Shown here in pieces: positions 17,958-28,104 of a stretch of 64,000 nt of DNA; the first letter of the stretch is position 1, and the number at the start of each line of letters is the position of its first letter. The notes below the pieces were generated by a model. It was not told the DNA's origin and did no database searches. It worked only from the letters and a program-made list of their open reading frames with translations. Source of the stretch: an uncultured Actinomycetota bacterium (GTDB lineage Bacteria; Actinomycetota; Actinomycetes; Propionibacteriales; Nocardioidaceae); the NCBI GenBank assembly GCA_963713255.1, contig CAVQLC010000002.1, positions 99,746 through 163,745 on the forward strand. Direction: 5' to 3'. Both the position numbers and the translations under genes were made by a program.

Positions 17958-18845
17958 ATGCGCGGCATCATCCTGGCAGGCGGCACGGGCTCCCGGCTGC
18001 ACCCGATCACCCAGGGCATCAGCAAGCAGCTGATGCCCGTCTACGACAAGCCGATGATCTACTACCCGCTGTCCACGCTGATGCTGGCGGGGATCCGCGA
18101 CATCCTGATCATCACCACCCCGCACGAGGCGGAGCCGTTCACGCGGCTGCTCGGTGACGGGTCGCGCTTCGGCGTCAACATCACCTACGCCCAGCAGCCC
18201 AGCCCCGACGGGCTCGCCCAGGCGTTCCTGATCGGCGAGGACCACATCGGCGCCGACGGCGCGGCGCTCGTCCTCGGGGACAACATCTTCTACGGCACCG
18301 GCCTGGGTCACCAGCTGCTGCAGTACGCCGACGTCGACGGGGCCGCGGTGTTCGGCTACCACGTGTCCGACCCGACGGCGTACGGCGTCGTGGAGTTCGA
18401 CGACACCGGCCGCGCGTTGAGCCTGGAGGAGAAGCCCGAGGTGCCGAAGAGCTCCTACGCCGTGCCCGGCCTCTACTTCTACGGCAACGACGTGGTGGCC
18501 TACGCCAAGGAGCTCGAGCCGTCCGCGCGCGGCGAGCTGGAGATCACCGACCTCAACCGGCGCTACCTCGACGAGGGCCGGCTCCGGGTCGAGGTGCTCC
18601 CGCGCGGCACCGCCTGGCTCGACACCGGGACCTTCGACTCGCTCAACGACGCCAGCAACTTCGTGCGCACCATCGAGGGCCGGCAGGGCACCAAGATCGG
18701 CTCGCCGGAGGAGGTGGCCTGGCGGATGGGCTTCCTCACCGACGCCGAGCTCCTCGAGCGCGCCGACGCCCTGCTCAAGAGTGGCTACGGCGTCTACCTC
18801 CGCGGCCTCATCGAGGAAGAACGTCGCGCCAACCCGCCCCAGTGA
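17958..18845 (+). CDS. rmlA: glucose-1-phosphate thymidylyltransferase
   Basis: M4 of track ORF 17949..18845: [55 protein letters not shown]...LGDNIFYG...YGVVEFD. Confidence 0.9.
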   Translation: MRGIILAGGTGSRLHPITQGISKQLMPVYDKPMIYYPLSTLMLAGIRDILIITTPHEAEPFTRLLGDGSRFGVNITYAQQPSPDGLAQAFLIGEDHIGADGAALVLGDNIFYGTGLGHQLLQYADVDGAAVFGYHVSDPTAYGVVEFDDTGRALSLEEKPEVPKSSYAVPGLYFYGNDVVAYAKELEPSARGELEITDLNRRYLDEGRLRVEVLPRGTAWLDTGTFDSLNDASNFVRTIEGRQGTKIGSPEEVAWRMGFLTDAELLERADALLKSGYGVYLRGLIEEERRANPPQ

Positions 18846-18860
18846 TCCCGTAGACCCGGA

Positions 18861-19817
18861 CTATCCGAGCCGGGCGAGATCCGCGTCGACCATGCGGGCG
18901 ACGAGGTCGGGGAAGGTGACGGTGGGGGACCAGGCGAGGTGGCGGCGGGCCTTGCCGGGGTCGCCGACGAGGTCGGTGGCGTCGGCGGGGCGGACGAAGG
19001 CGGGGTCGGTGTCGACCAGCGGCTCCCAGTCGGTGATGCCGACGTGGGCGAAGGCGGCGGCGACGAAGTCGCGCACGGAGTGGCCCTCGCCGGTCGCGAT
19101 CACGTAGTCACCGGCCCGCTCGGCCCGGGCCGCGCGCACCATCGCGTCGGTGTAGTCGGGCGCCCACCCCCAGTCGCGACGGACGTCGAGGTTGCCCAGG
19201 GTCAGCCGGTCGGCCTGGCCGCGGGAGATCGCGGCGACCGTGGAGGTGATCTTGCGGGTCACGAAGCGGATCGGCCGCCGGGGTGACTCGTGGTTGTAGA
19301 GGACCAGCGACGAGGCGTGCAGGTCCCGGGTCCGGTACACGTCGACCATCAGGTGCGCGTAGGCCTTGGCGGCGCCGTACGGGTTGAGCGGGTGGATCCG
19401 GGTGTCCTCGTCCTGCGGCGTGCGGTCCGGCTCGCCGAACATCTCCGCGCTCGAGGCCTGCACCAGCCGCACCGGCCGGCCGGTGCGCTCCTGGACCCGG
19501 TGCGCGGTCTCCAGCAGCGCGACCGCCGCGGTGCCGTTGACCAGGCCCGAGAGGTCGGGCGACTCCCAGGACTGGGCGACCGAGCTGATCGCGGCCAGGT
19601 TGTAGATCTCGTCGGGCGCCAGGTCGAGCAGCAGCCGACGGGTGCCGTCGAGGTCCGCCAGGTCGCCGGGGTGCACCTCGACCCCGTCGGGGCAGAACGG
19701 GCCGGCGCCGTCGTCCACGTGCGCGAGCGCGTGCACCTCGGCCCCGCCGGCGACCAGCTGCTCGGCGAGGTAGCTCCCGTCCTGGCCGCCGATGCCGGTG
19801 ACGAAGGCCCTCGTCAA
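18861..19817 (-). CDS. GDP-mannose 4,6-dehydratase-family paralog (specific activity unclear)
   Basis: Intact 318-aa ORF: FVTGIGGQDGSYLAEQL, ASSAEMFG, NPYGAAKAYAH, LYNHESPRRPIRFVTRKIT. These are the same hallmarks as the adjacent gmd, but the sequence is more divergent. Confidence 0.6.
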   Translation of the reverse strand: MTRAFVTGIGGQDGSYLAEQLVAGGAEVHALAHVDDGAGPFCPDGVEVHPGDLADLDGTRRLLLDLAPDEIYNLAAISSVAQSWESPDLSGLVNGTAAVALLETAHRVQERTGRPVRLVQASSAEMFGEPDRTPQDEDTRIHPLNPYGAAKAYAHLMVDVYRTRDLHASSLVLYNHESPRRPIRFVTRKITSTVAAISRGQADRLTLGNLDVRRDWGWAPDYTDAMVRAARAERAGDYVIATGEGHSVRDFVAAAFAHVGITDWEPLVDTDPAFVRPADATDLVGDPGKARRHLAWSPTVTFPDLVARMVDADLARLG

Positions 19818-19824
19818 GGGGAGG

Positions 19825-20805
19825 TCACCAGCCCGCCTGCTGGGCCGCGATGTCGGCGTCGACCATCATGGTGACCAGCTCGGGGAAGCTCACGGTGGGC
19901 TTCCAGCCCAGCCGCTCCCGGGCCTTGCTCGCGTCGCCGATGAGTACGTCGACCTCGGCCGGCCGCATGAACCGGGGGTCCTGCCGCACGTAGCGCGACC
20001 AGTCGTCGATGCCGACGTGGTGGAAGGCGATGTCCAGGAAGTCCCGCACCGAGTGCGTCTCGCCCGTGGCGATGACGTAGTCGTCGGCCTGGTCCTGCTG
20101 GAGCATCCGCCACATGGCGTCGACGTAGTCGCCCGCGAAGCCCCAGTCGCGCTGCGAGTCGAGGTTGCCCATCACGATCTCGTCCTGGAGGCCGAGCTTG
20201 ATCCTGGCCACCGCCTGGCTGACCTTGCGGGTCACGAACTCGGGGCCGCGCCGCGGCGACTCGTGGTTGAAGAGGATGCCCGAGGAGGCGTGCATGCCGT
20301 ACGACTCCCGGTAGTTGATGGTCATGTAGTGGCCGAACACCTTCGACACGCCGTACGGCGAGCGCGGCCACAGCAGGGTCGACTCGCGCTGCGGCGTCTC
20401 CTGCACCTTGCCGAACATCTCCGAGCTCGACGCCTGGTAGAAGCGCACCCGCCCGGGCTCGTCGCTGGCGTGCAGCCGGACCGACTCCAGCATGGTGAGC
20501 ACGCCCTTGGCGGTCACGTCGGTGGTCAGCGTGGCGTTGTCCCACGAGTAGGCGACGAAGGACACCGCCCCGAGGTTGTAGACCTCGTCGGGGTCACTCT
20601 CGCGCAGCGCCCGGATCAGGCTGGACATGTCGGTGAGGTCACCGGCGTGGAGCCGTACGTCGGGCAGCAGGCTCCTCACCAGGTCGAGCTTCGGGTTGTT
20701 CTGGCCCCGGATCAGGCCGTGGACGTCGTACCCCTTGGCGAGCAGCAGCTCCGCGAGATAGAGCCCGTCCTGCCCGGTGATCCCGGTGATGAGTGCGCTC
20801 GGCAT
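19825..20805 (-). CDS. gmd: GDP-mannose 4,6-dehydratase
   Basis: M57 of track ORF 19825..20973: [33 protein letters not shown]...QASSSEMFG...[13 protein letters not shown]...[19 protein letters not shown]. Confidence 0.9.
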   Translation of the reverse strand: MPSALITGITGQDGLYLAELLLAKGYDVHGLIRGQNNPKLDLVRSLLPDVRLHAGDLTDMSSLIRALRESDPDEVYNLGAVSFVAYSWDNATLTTDVTAKGVLTMLESVRLHASDEPGRVRFYQASSSEMFGKVQETPQRESTLLWPRSPYGVSKVFGHYMTINYRESYGMHASSGILFNHESPRRGPEFVTRKVSQAVARIKLGLQDEIVMGNLDSQRDWGFAGDYVDAMWRMLQQDQADDYVIATGETHSVRDFLDIAFHHVGIDDWSRYVRQDPRFMRPAEVDVLIGDASKARERLGWKPTVSFPELVTMMVDADIAAQQAGW

Positions 20806-20869
20806 GCGGCTCAGTGTGCCAGCGACCCACGGTCGGCGGTCGCACCGGCCGAGACCTAGGGTGGGCGCC

Positions 20870-21895
20870 ATGAAGGTTCTCGTCACCGGCGGCGCCGGAT
20901 ACCTCGGCTCGATCACCGCGAAGGCCCTCGAGGAGGCCGGGCACACCCCGGTGATCCTCGACTCGCTCCTCAACGGGCCGCTGGCGTTCGTGCGCGACCG
21001 GGTGTTCTACGAGGGCGACATCGCCGACCGGGACCTGCTGCGCCGGATCGTCGCCGACCACCCCGACCTCGACGCCACCATCCACATGGCCGCGCGGATC
21101 GTGGTGCCGGAGTCGGTCGAGAAGCCGTACGAGTACTACCGCGACAACGTCTCCAAGTCCCTGGAGCTCTTCGACGAGCTCGAGGCGCTGGGCAAGCACC
21201 GCGTGCTGTTCTCCTCCTCGGCCTCCCTCTACGCGACGAAGGACCCCGAGTCGGGGACCGTCCAGGACTTCGAGGTGACCGAGCAGGACGGCCTCGAGCC
21301 GCCGTCGCCGTACGCCCGCACCAAGCGGATGATGGAGCAGATGCTGGTCGACATGGCGGCGGCGACCGAGCTGCGCGCGATCATCCTGCGCTACTTCAAC
21401 CCGATCGGCTCGGACCCCGACCTCGAGAGCGGCATCTACGCCAAGGAGCCCTCGCACGTGCTGGGCCAGCTGGTGATGGCCGCCCGCGGCCTCAAGGACC
21501 ACTTCACGATCACCGGCACGGAGCACCCCACGCCCGACGGCACCGGCATCCGGGACTACGTGCACGTGTGGGACCTGGCCCGGGCGCACGTGCGCGCGAT
21601 CGAGCGCTTCGACGAGGTGCTCGCCGAGGTCGGGGAGCCGAGCACCATCATCAACATCGGCACCGGTGCGGGCGTCTCGGTGCGGGAGCTCGTCGCGTCG
21701 TTCGAGCGGGTCTTCGGCCGCCCGGTGCCGGTGCAGGAGGCGCCGCCGCGCCCCGGCGACGCCGTCGGTGCCTACGCCAACGTCGACAAGTCGCGCACCC
21801 TCCTCGACTGGCAGGCCGAGCTCGGCCTCGACGAGGCCATCGCCTCGGCGCTCGCGTGGGGCGAGAAGCGCCAGGAGATCCTGGGCTACGAGTGA
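20870..21895 (+). CDS. galE: UDP-glucose 4-epimerase
   Basis: M32 of track ORF 20777..21895: [14 protein letters not shown]...SSSASLY...[14 protein letters not shown]...[11 protein letters not shown]...[15 protein letters not shown]. Confidence 0.8.
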   Translation: MKVLVTGGAGYLGSITAKALEEAGHTPVILDSLLNGPLAFVRDRVFYEGDIADRDLLRRIVADHPDLDATIHMAARIVVPESVEKPYEYYRDNVSKSLELFDELEALGKHRVLFSSSASLYATKDPESGTVQDFEVTEQDGLEPPSPYARTKRMMEQMLVDMAAATELRAIILRYFNPIGSDPDLESGIYAKEPSHVLGQLVMAARGLKDHFTITGTEHPTPDGTGIRDYVHVWDLARAHVRAIERFDEVLAEVGEPSTIINIGTGAGVSVRELVASFERVFGRPVPVQEAPPRPGDAVGAYANVDKSRTLLDWQAELGLDEAIASALAWGEKRQEILGYE

Positions 21896-22644
21896 GGACC
21901 CGGGTCGCGCTGGGCCTGGCGCTCGCGGCGGTGCTGTTCCCGCTGCGGGCGGAGGCGGTGCCGGCTCCGGAGCGGCCGCCGCTCGCCGGGCGGACCGTCG
22001 TCATCGACCCCGGTCACCAGCTCGGCAACCACAACTTCCCGGCCGAGATCAACCGTCCGGTGCCGGCCGGCGGCTTCAGCAAGCCCTGCAACACGACCGG
22101 GACCGCGACCGGCGGCGGCTACCCGGAGGCGACGTTCGCCTGGCAGGTCTCCCTGGCGCTGCGGGACCGGCTGGAGGCGCTCGGTGCGCGGGTCGTGCTG
22201 ACCCGGACCAGCAACCGGCAGGACCGGTGGGGCCCGTGCGTCGACGTGCGCGGCCGGGCCGGCAACCGGATCGGCGCCGACCTCAAGATCAGCGTGCACG
22301 GCGACGGGTCGTACGCCGCGGGCGCCCACGGCTTCCACGTGATCGCCCCCACCGACCGGGCGCCGTGGACGCACGACATCTTCGCGCCGTCGCGGCGGCT
22401 GGCGCTCGCGACCCGGGCGGCCCTCCTCGACGGCGGCTTCGCGACCGCGACGTACGTCGCCGGCGGTGACGGGCTCGACTTCCGCTCCGACCTCGGCACC
22501 CTCAACCTCTCCGACGTCCCGACGGTGATGGTCGAGCTCGGCAACATGCGCGACGCGGGCGATGCCGCCGTGATGACCAGCCCGCGGGGTCGGGCCCGGT
22601 ACGCCGACGCGCTGGCCGCCGCCGCGCGGCGCTTCCTCGGCTGA
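21892..22644 (+). CDS. secreted N-acetylmuramoyl-L-alanine amidase (Amidase_3-like)
   Basis: GTG (V109 of track ORF 21568..22644) overlaps the galE stop (GTGA). Signal-like [22 protein letters not shown], then VVIDPGHQ, ISVHGDGS, VMVELGNMRDAGDA. Confidence 0.75.
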   Translation: MRTRVALGLALAAVLFPLRAEAVPAPERPPLAGRTVVIDPGHQLGNHNFPAEINRPVPAGGFSKPCNTTGTATGGGYPEATFAWQVSLALRDRLEALGARVVLTRTSNRQDRWGPCVDVRGRAGNRIGADLKISVHGDGSYAAGAHGFHVIAPTDRAPWTHDIFAPSRRLALATRAALLDGGFATATYVAGGDGLDFRSDLGTLNLSDVPTVMVELGNMRDAGDAAVMTSPRGRARYADALAAAARRFLG

Positions 22645-22731
22645 CGAGGTTCCGAGGCTCGCGTCGCTCCCCCTCGACCACGGGGGTAGGACGCTGACAG
22701 TGGTGCTGTCAGCGGGCAGTACAGTCGGGGC

Positions 22732-23409
22732 GTGACCGGGTCCGAGGAGCTGTTGGCCGGCAAGACGGTGGCGGTGCTCGGGGGGACCGGGCCCCAGGGT
22801 CGGGGGCTGGCTCGCCGGTGGGCGCGGGCCGGGGTGCCCGTCGTGATCGGCAGCCGCAGCGCCGAGCGGGCCGCGGAGACGGCGACCGTGCTGGCCGAGG
22901 CCACCGGTGGGGACGTGCGCGGCGCGGACAACGTGGCCGCGGCCCAGGCGGCCGACATCGTCCTCGTCGCGGTGCCCTGGGACGGCCACGCGGCACTGCT
23001 GGCCGAGCTCGCGGAGGCGCTGGCCGGCCGGGTCGTCGTCGACTGCGTGAACCCGCTCGGCTTCGACAAGCAGGGCGCGTTCGCGCTGAGCGTCGCCGAG
23101 GGCTCCGCGACCCAGCAGGCCGCCGCGCTGCTCCCGGGCTCGACCGTGGTCGGCGCGTTCCACAACGTCTCGGCGGTGCTGCTGGAGGACGACGAGGTGA
23201 CCTCCGTCGACACCGACGTCCTGGTGCTGGGCGACGACCGCGACGCGACCGACCTGGTCCAGGCGCTCGCCTCGGTGGTCCCCGGCATGCGCGGCGTGTA
23301 CGGCGGGCGGTTGCGCAACGCCCACCAGGTCGAGGCGCTGACCGCGAACCTGATCAGCGTGAACAGGCGCTACAAGGCGCACGCCGGAGTGAGGGTGACC
23401 GACATCTGA
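22732..23409 (+). CDS. npdG: NADPH-dependent F420 reductase
   Basis: Intact 225-aa ORF: KTVAVLGGTGPQGRGLARRWARAGVPVVIGSRS...IVLVAVPW...VVDCVNPL...GAFHNVSA. Confidence 0.75.
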   Translation: MTGSEELLAGKTVAVLGGTGPQGRGLARRWARAGVPVVIGSRSAERAAETATVLAEATGGDVRGADNVAAAQAADIVLVAVPWDGHAALLAELAEALAGRVVVDCVNPLGFDKQGAFALSVAEGSATQQAAALLPGSTVVGAFHNVSAVLLEDDEVTSVDTDVLVLGDDRDATDLVQALASVVPGMRGVYGGRLRNAHQVEALTANLISVNRRYKAHAGVRVTDI

Positions 23410-24630
23410 TGTACCCCGCCTACCCCCCGCCGTCCGACCGCGCGATCGAGCTCGAGGCGCTGCTCACCGGGTTCCTCGCCGAGCACGTGTTCCCCGCGGA
23501 GGCGGCGTACGACGAGTACCGCGCCGCGGCCGGTCCCGACGACGCCACCCTGCCGCCGGTCGTCGAGGACCTGAAGCAGCGCGGCGAAGGAGCTCGGCCT
23601 CTGGAACCTCTTCCTCCCCGAGGAGTCCGGGCTCACCCAGCTCGAGTACGCCCCGCTCGCCGAGCTGACCGGGTGGAGCCTGCACCTCGCGCCCGAGGCC
23701 ACCAACTGCGCCGCGCCGGACACCGGCAACATGGAGCTGCTGCACCTCATCGGCACCGACGCGCAGAAGGAGCGGTGGCTGCGTCCGCTGCTCGACGGGA
23801 CGATCCGCTCCGGCTTCGCGATGACGGAGCCCGCCGTGGCGAGCTCCGACGCGACCAACATCGAGACCCGGATCGAGCGGGACGGCGACGAGTACGTCAT
23901 CAACGGCCGCAAGTGGTTCACCTCCGGCGCCGCGGACCCGCGCTGCGAGGTGCTCGTGGTGATGGGCAAGACCGACCCGGACGCCGCCACCCACCGGCAG
24001 CAGTCGATGGTGATCGTTCCGCGCGACACCCCGGGCGTCACCGTCGGCCGCTCGGTGCCCGTCTTCGGGCAGGTCGACCAGCACGGCCACTGCGTCACGG
24101 AGTTCGTCGACGTCCGGGTGCCGGTGACCAACCTGCTCGGCGAGGAGGGCGGCGGCTTCGCGGCCGCGCAGGCCCGCCTCGGGCCCGGCCGGATCCACCA
24201 CGTGATGCGGGCCCTCGGCGCCGGCGAGCGGGCGTTGGCGATGACCGTCGCGCGCACCAAGGAGCGGGTCGCCTTCGGCAAGACGCTCGCCGAGCAGGGC
24301 GCCGTGCGGGAGCGGATCGCGGAGTCCCGGATCGCCCTCGACCAGGCCCGCGACCTGTGCCACCACGCGGCGTACGTCATCGACAGCCAGGGCAACAAGG
24401 CCGCGCGGCACCTGGTGGCCGAGGCCAAGGTGGCGGTGCCGCGCGCCGTGCTCGAGGTGATCGACCGGGCGATCCAGGTGCACGGCGGCCTGGGGGTCAC
24501 CAACGACGTCCCGCTGGCGATGATGTGGGGATGGCACCGGGCGATGCGGCTGTTCGACGGACCCGACGAGGTGCACCTGACCACGCTGGCCCGGGCCGAG
24601 CTCACCCGCGCGCCGAAGTTCGACCTCTGA
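23409..24630 (+). pseudogene. acyl-CoA dehydrogenase; one frameshift near 23583-23590 as assembled
   Basis: MYPAYPPPSDRAIELEALLTGFLAEHVFPAE (M198 of track 22818..24662) continues in track ORF 23731..24630 with [18 protein letters not shown]...[11 protein letters not shown]...[11 protein letters not shown]...IQVHGGLGV. Confidence 0.8.
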
Positions 24631-24652
24631 CCCACCCGACGATGGAGGCCCC

Positions 24653-25822
24653 GTGGACCTGAACCTCACCGACGAGGAGCGCGAGATCCGTGACTGGGTC
24701 CGGACCTTCGTCACCAAGGAGATCATGCCGCTCGAGGCGGGCGTGCTGGAGCGCGAGCGCCGCCACGAGCGCGGCCTGACGCTCGAGGAGTTCCGCGGCC
24801 TGCAGGACAAGGCGAAGCAGTCCGGCTTCTTCGGCGTCACCACGCCCGAGGAGTACGGCGGGATGGGTCTCGGGTCGGTGATGGCGGCGCTGATCGAGAT
24901 CGAGCTCGGCCGGTCCTTCGTGCAGTTCAGGTTCGGCGGCGACGCGGACAACATCTTGTTCTTCGCCAACGACGAGCAGAAGAAGGCCTACCTCGAGCCG
25001 ACCATCAGCGGCGAGCGCTACAGCTGCTTCGCGATCACCGAGCCCGGCGCCGGGTCGGACGCCCGCAACATCCGCACGTCCGCGGTCCGCGACGGCGACG
25101 AGTGGGTGATCAACGGGGAGAAGACGTTCATCACCGGCGGCGACATCGCCGACTTCTGCATGGTGTTCGCGGTGACGGACAAGGACAAGGGAGCCAACGG
25201 TGGGGTGACCTGCTTCCTGGTCGACCGGGAGCGGGGCTGGACCTCGGCCGAGATCCCGACCATGGGGCAGTGGGGCCCGGCCTCCCTGAGCTTCCAGGAC
25301 GTGCGGGTGCCGCACTCGGCGATCCTGGGCGAGGAGGGCCGCGGCTTCGAGCTGGCGATGCGCTGGATCGGCCAGGGCCGGGTGATGCTGCCGGCGCGGG
25401 CCCTCGGTGCCTGTGAGCGCCTGGTCGAGATGGGCATGGACTACGCCCGGACCCGCGAGACCTTCGGGGAGCCGATCGCCAACCGGCAGGCGATCCAGTG
25501 GATGATCGCCGACTCGGCCGTCGAGATCGAGGCGCTCCGCTGGCTGGTGCTCACCGCCGCCTGGCAGATCGACCACGACCTCGACTCCCGCCAGTCGCAG
25601 TCGATGGCCAAGCTCTTCGGCGGCGTCAAGGCCAACGAGATCGTCGACCGGATGCTGCAGGTGCACGGCGGGATGGGCTACACCCGCGAGCTGCCGATCG
25701 AGCGCTGGTACCGCGAGCTGCGGCTGCTCCGCATCTACGAGGGCACCGACGAGATCCAGCGCCGGACCATCGCGCGCAACCTGCTGGCCGGCCACGCCTC
25801 GGTGCGCGGCCACCTGGGATGA
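24653..25822 (+). CDS. acyl-CoA dehydrogenase
   Basis: Intact 389-aa ORF: CFAITEPGAGSDARNIRTSA...VINGEKTFITGG...RETFGEPIANRQAIQWMIAD...LQVHGGMGYTRELPIERWYRELR...YEGTDEIQR. Confidence 0.85.
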   Translation: MDLNLTDEEREIRDWVRTFVTKEIMPLEAGVLERERRHERGLTLEEFRGLQDKAKQSGFFGVTTPEEYGGMGLGSVMAALIEIELGRSFVQFRFGGDADNILFFANDEQKKAYLEPTISGERYSCFAITEPGAGSDARNIRTSAVRDGDEWVINGEKTFITGGDIADFCMVFAVTDKDKGANGGVTCFLVDRERGWTSAEIPTMGQWGPASLSFQDVRVPHSAILGEEGRGFELAMRWIGQGRVMLPARALGACERLVEMGMDYARTRETFGEPIANRQAIQWMIADSAVEIEALRWLVLTAAWQIDHDLDSRQSQSMAKLFGGVKANEIVDRMLQVHGGMGYTRELPIERWYRELRLLRIYEGTDEIQRRTIARNLLAGHASVRGHLG

Positions 25823-25829
25823 GCGCCTG

Positions 25830-26732
25830 GTGATCGCCACCCACCACTGGGACGACTGGACCCTCGACGCGCTGATCGCCGCCCGGGGGGACCAGCGGGT
25901 GAGCCTGGTCGTGCCCGCGCGCAACGAGGCCGCCACCGTGGGCGACGTCGTGTCCCGGGTGCGCGAGGCGCTCGTCGACACCGCGGCGCTGCTCGACGAG
26001 ATCGTGGTCATCGACAGCGACTCGACGGACGCGACGTACGACGTGGCCACGGACGCCGGCGCGGTCGTGCACCGCTCGGCGGAGATCCGGCCCGACCTCG
26101 GGTCCTTCCCCGGCAAGGGTGAGGCGATGTGGAAGTCGCTCTTCGTGACCCGGGGCGACCTGATCGTCTTCATGGACGCCGACCTCACCGACTGGGACAC
26201 CCACTTCGTGCCGGGCCTGCTGGGCCCGCTGCTGACGGACCCCGGGACGCTGCTGGTCAAGGGCTTCTACGAACGGCCCGGCGAGCGCGGGGCGCTCGAC
26301 GGCGGCCGGGTCACCGAGCTCGTCGCGCGGCCGCTGGTCGCGCTGGAGTACCCCGACCTGGTGGGCGTCGTGCAGCCGCTCGCCGGGGAGTGGGCGGTGC
26401 GCCGGTCCCTGTTCGAGACGCTGTCGGTGCCCACCGGCTACGCCGTCGAGCTGGCGGCGCTCATCGACACCGCCGCCGCCCACGGCGCCCGGGCGCTGGC
26501 CCAGGTCGACCTCGGGCGTCGCGCGCACGGTCACCAGCCGCTGCTCGACCTCGGGGCGATGGCCACCCAGATCCTGGCCGCCGTCGAGCGCCGGCCCGCG
26601 GGCCCGAAGGGCTCGCACCGCCACGACCCGGACGAGGTCGTGCTGACGCAGTACGAGTCGCGCGACGGGCTGCTCACCCTGCTGCCGCGGACGGTGCCGA
26701 CCCGGGAGCGACCGCCGGCGGTGTCCGCATGA
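25830..26732 (+). CDS. gpgS: glucosyl-3-phosphoglycerate synthase-like GT81 glycosyltransferase
   Basis: Intact 300-aa ORF: VSLVVPARNEAATVGDVV...IVVIDSDSTD...FPGKGEAMWKSL...FMDADL...QPLAGEWAVRR. Adjacent to folP, as I recall for mycobacterial folP2-gpgS. Confidence 0.7.
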   Translation: MIATHHWDDWTLDALIAARGDQRVSLVVPARNEAATVGDVVSRVREALVDTAALLDEIVVIDSDSTDATYDVATDAGAVVHRSAEIRPDLGSFPGKGEAMWKSLFVTRGDLIVFMDADLTDWDTHFVPGLLGPLLTDPGTLLVKGFYERPGERGALDGGRVTELVARPLVALEYPDLVGVVQPLAGEWAVRRSLFETLSVPTGYAVELAALIDTAAAHGARALAQVDLGRRAHGHQPLLDLGAMATQILAAVERRPAGPKGSHRHDPDEVVLTQYESRDGLLTLLPRTVPTRERPPAVSA

Positions 26733-27592
26733 CGCTGCGCCTGGGCCGGCAGGAGTTCGCCGACGACGCGACCCTGATGATGGCCATCGTCAACCGCACC
26801 CCGGACTCGTTCTACGACAAGGGCGCCACCTGGGCGGAGGACAAGGCGTTCGACCGGGTCGCGCGCGTGGTCGACGAGGGGGCCGAGATCGTCGACATCG
26901 GCGGCATCAAGGCCGCGCCCGGCGCCGAGATCGACGCCACGGAGGAGATCGCCAGGGTCGGGTCGTTCGTCGGCCGGGTCCGGGCGGCGTACCCCGACCT
27001 CGTGATCTCCGTCGACACCTGGCGGGCCGAGGTCGCCCGGGCCGTCTGCGCCGAGGGCGCCGACGTGCTCAACGACGCCTGGGGTGGCGCCGACCCGGCG
27101 CTCGTCGACGTCGCGGCCGAGCACGGCGCCGCCCTCGTCTGCACCCACACCGGGGGCGTGCAGGTCCGCACCCGCCCGCACCGGATCGAGTACGACGACG
27201 TGGTGGCCGCCGCGATCTCCGACACCGTCGCCTACGCCGACCGGGCCGTCGCGGCCGGGGTCGCGCGGGAGAGCATCGTGATCGACCCGGCCCACGACTT
27301 CGGCAAGAACACCTTCCACTCCCTGGAGGTCACCCGCCGGATCGGGGAGATGGTGGAGACCGGGTGGCCGGTCCTCGTCTCCCTCTCCAACAAGGACTTC
27401 GTCGGGGAGACGCTCGACCTGCCGGTGGGGGAGCGCCTGACCGGCACCCTCGCCGCGACCGCCGTGTGTGCCCTGGCCGGGGCCCGGATCTACCGCGTCC
27501 ACGAGGTCGTCGAGACCCGGCAGGTGGTCGACATGGTGTGGACGATCGCCGGCCGCCGGCCACCGGCCCGGGCGATCCGGGGGCTCGCGTGA
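26729..27592 (+). CDS. folP: dihydropteroate synthase
   Basis: M201 of track ORF 26129..27592, with ATGA overlap on gpgS. Reads MAIVNRTPDSFYDKG...GAEIVDIGG...VISVDTWRAEVA...GADVLNDAWGG...FGKN...SLSNKDFVGE. Confidence 0.85.
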   Translation: MTLRLGRQEFADDATLMMAIVNRTPDSFYDKGATWAEDKAFDRVARVVDEGAEIVDIGGIKAAPGAEIDATEEIARVGSFVGRVRAAYPDLVISVDTWRAEVARAVCAEGADVLNDAWGGADPALVDVAAEHGAALVCTHTGGVQVRTRPHRIEYDDVVAAAISDTVAYADRAVAAGVARESIVIDPAHDFGKNTFHSLEVTRRIGEMVETGWPVLVSLSNKDFVGETLDLPVGERLTGTLAATAVCALAGARIYRVHEVVETRQVVDMVWTIAGRRPPARAIRGLA

Positions 27593-28104
27593 CTCCCGTC
27601 GCCCTGGTCCCGGGCGTGCCCGCCCTGCTGCCGGAGCACGCGTCGCTGACCGACCCGGTGGCCGACCTGCGCGCGGCCTGCCGGACCGCGGTGGGCCGGA
27701 TCGCCGGCCCCGGGAGCGCGGTGCGGGTGGTGGCCGGCCCGCTGGGGCTCCGGGTCGCCGAGCACCTGCTGGAGGAGGTCGCCGCCCGCGCGACCGGCGA
27801 CGCGTCGTACGACGCCGTGCTGGTGGTCGGGAACGGCAGCGCCCGCCGGACCGAGAAGGCCCCCGGTCACCTCGACGAGCGCGCGGCGGCCTTCGACGAC
27901 GCCGTGGACCGGGCCCTGCGGGAGACCGACCGGGCGGCCCTGCGGGCCGTCGACCGCGACCTCGCCGGAGACCTGCTCGCCGAGGTCGACGGCCTCCCCG
28001 ACCTCGCCGCCGCGGTCCCGGCCGGGGTCGCCGCCGACGTGCTCTACGCCGACGACCCGTTCGGCGTGCAGTACTGGGTGGTCGTCTGGGACGCGGTCCC
28101 ATGA
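27589..28104 (+). CDS. conserved hypothetical protein
   Basis: GTG (V76 of track ORF 27364..28104) with GTGA overlap on folP. The 171-aa product has protein-like composition and is translationally coupled on both sides. I recognise no family. Confidence 0.5.
   Translation: MTPVALVPGVPALLPEHASLTDPVADLRAACRTAVGRIAGPGSAVRVVAGPLGLRVAEHLLEEVAARATGDASYDAVLVVGNGSARRTEKAPGHLDERAAAFDDAVDRALRETDRAALRAVDRDLAGDLLAEVDGLPDLAAAVPAGVAADVLYADDPFGVQYWVVVWDAVP

Noticed and set aside
21886-23382. 498-aa minus-strand ORF. The same reasoning applies to the similar long ORFs 24602..26260(-), 26531..28102(-), 42330..44537(-) upstream part, 59058..61250(+) upstream part and 59155..60204(-).
   Set aside because: These are antisense or out-of-frame shadows of well-supported genes (amidase/npdG, ACAD/gpgS, folP, glycan genes, GT87). 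Their translations are dominated by Arg/Pro/Gly runs.
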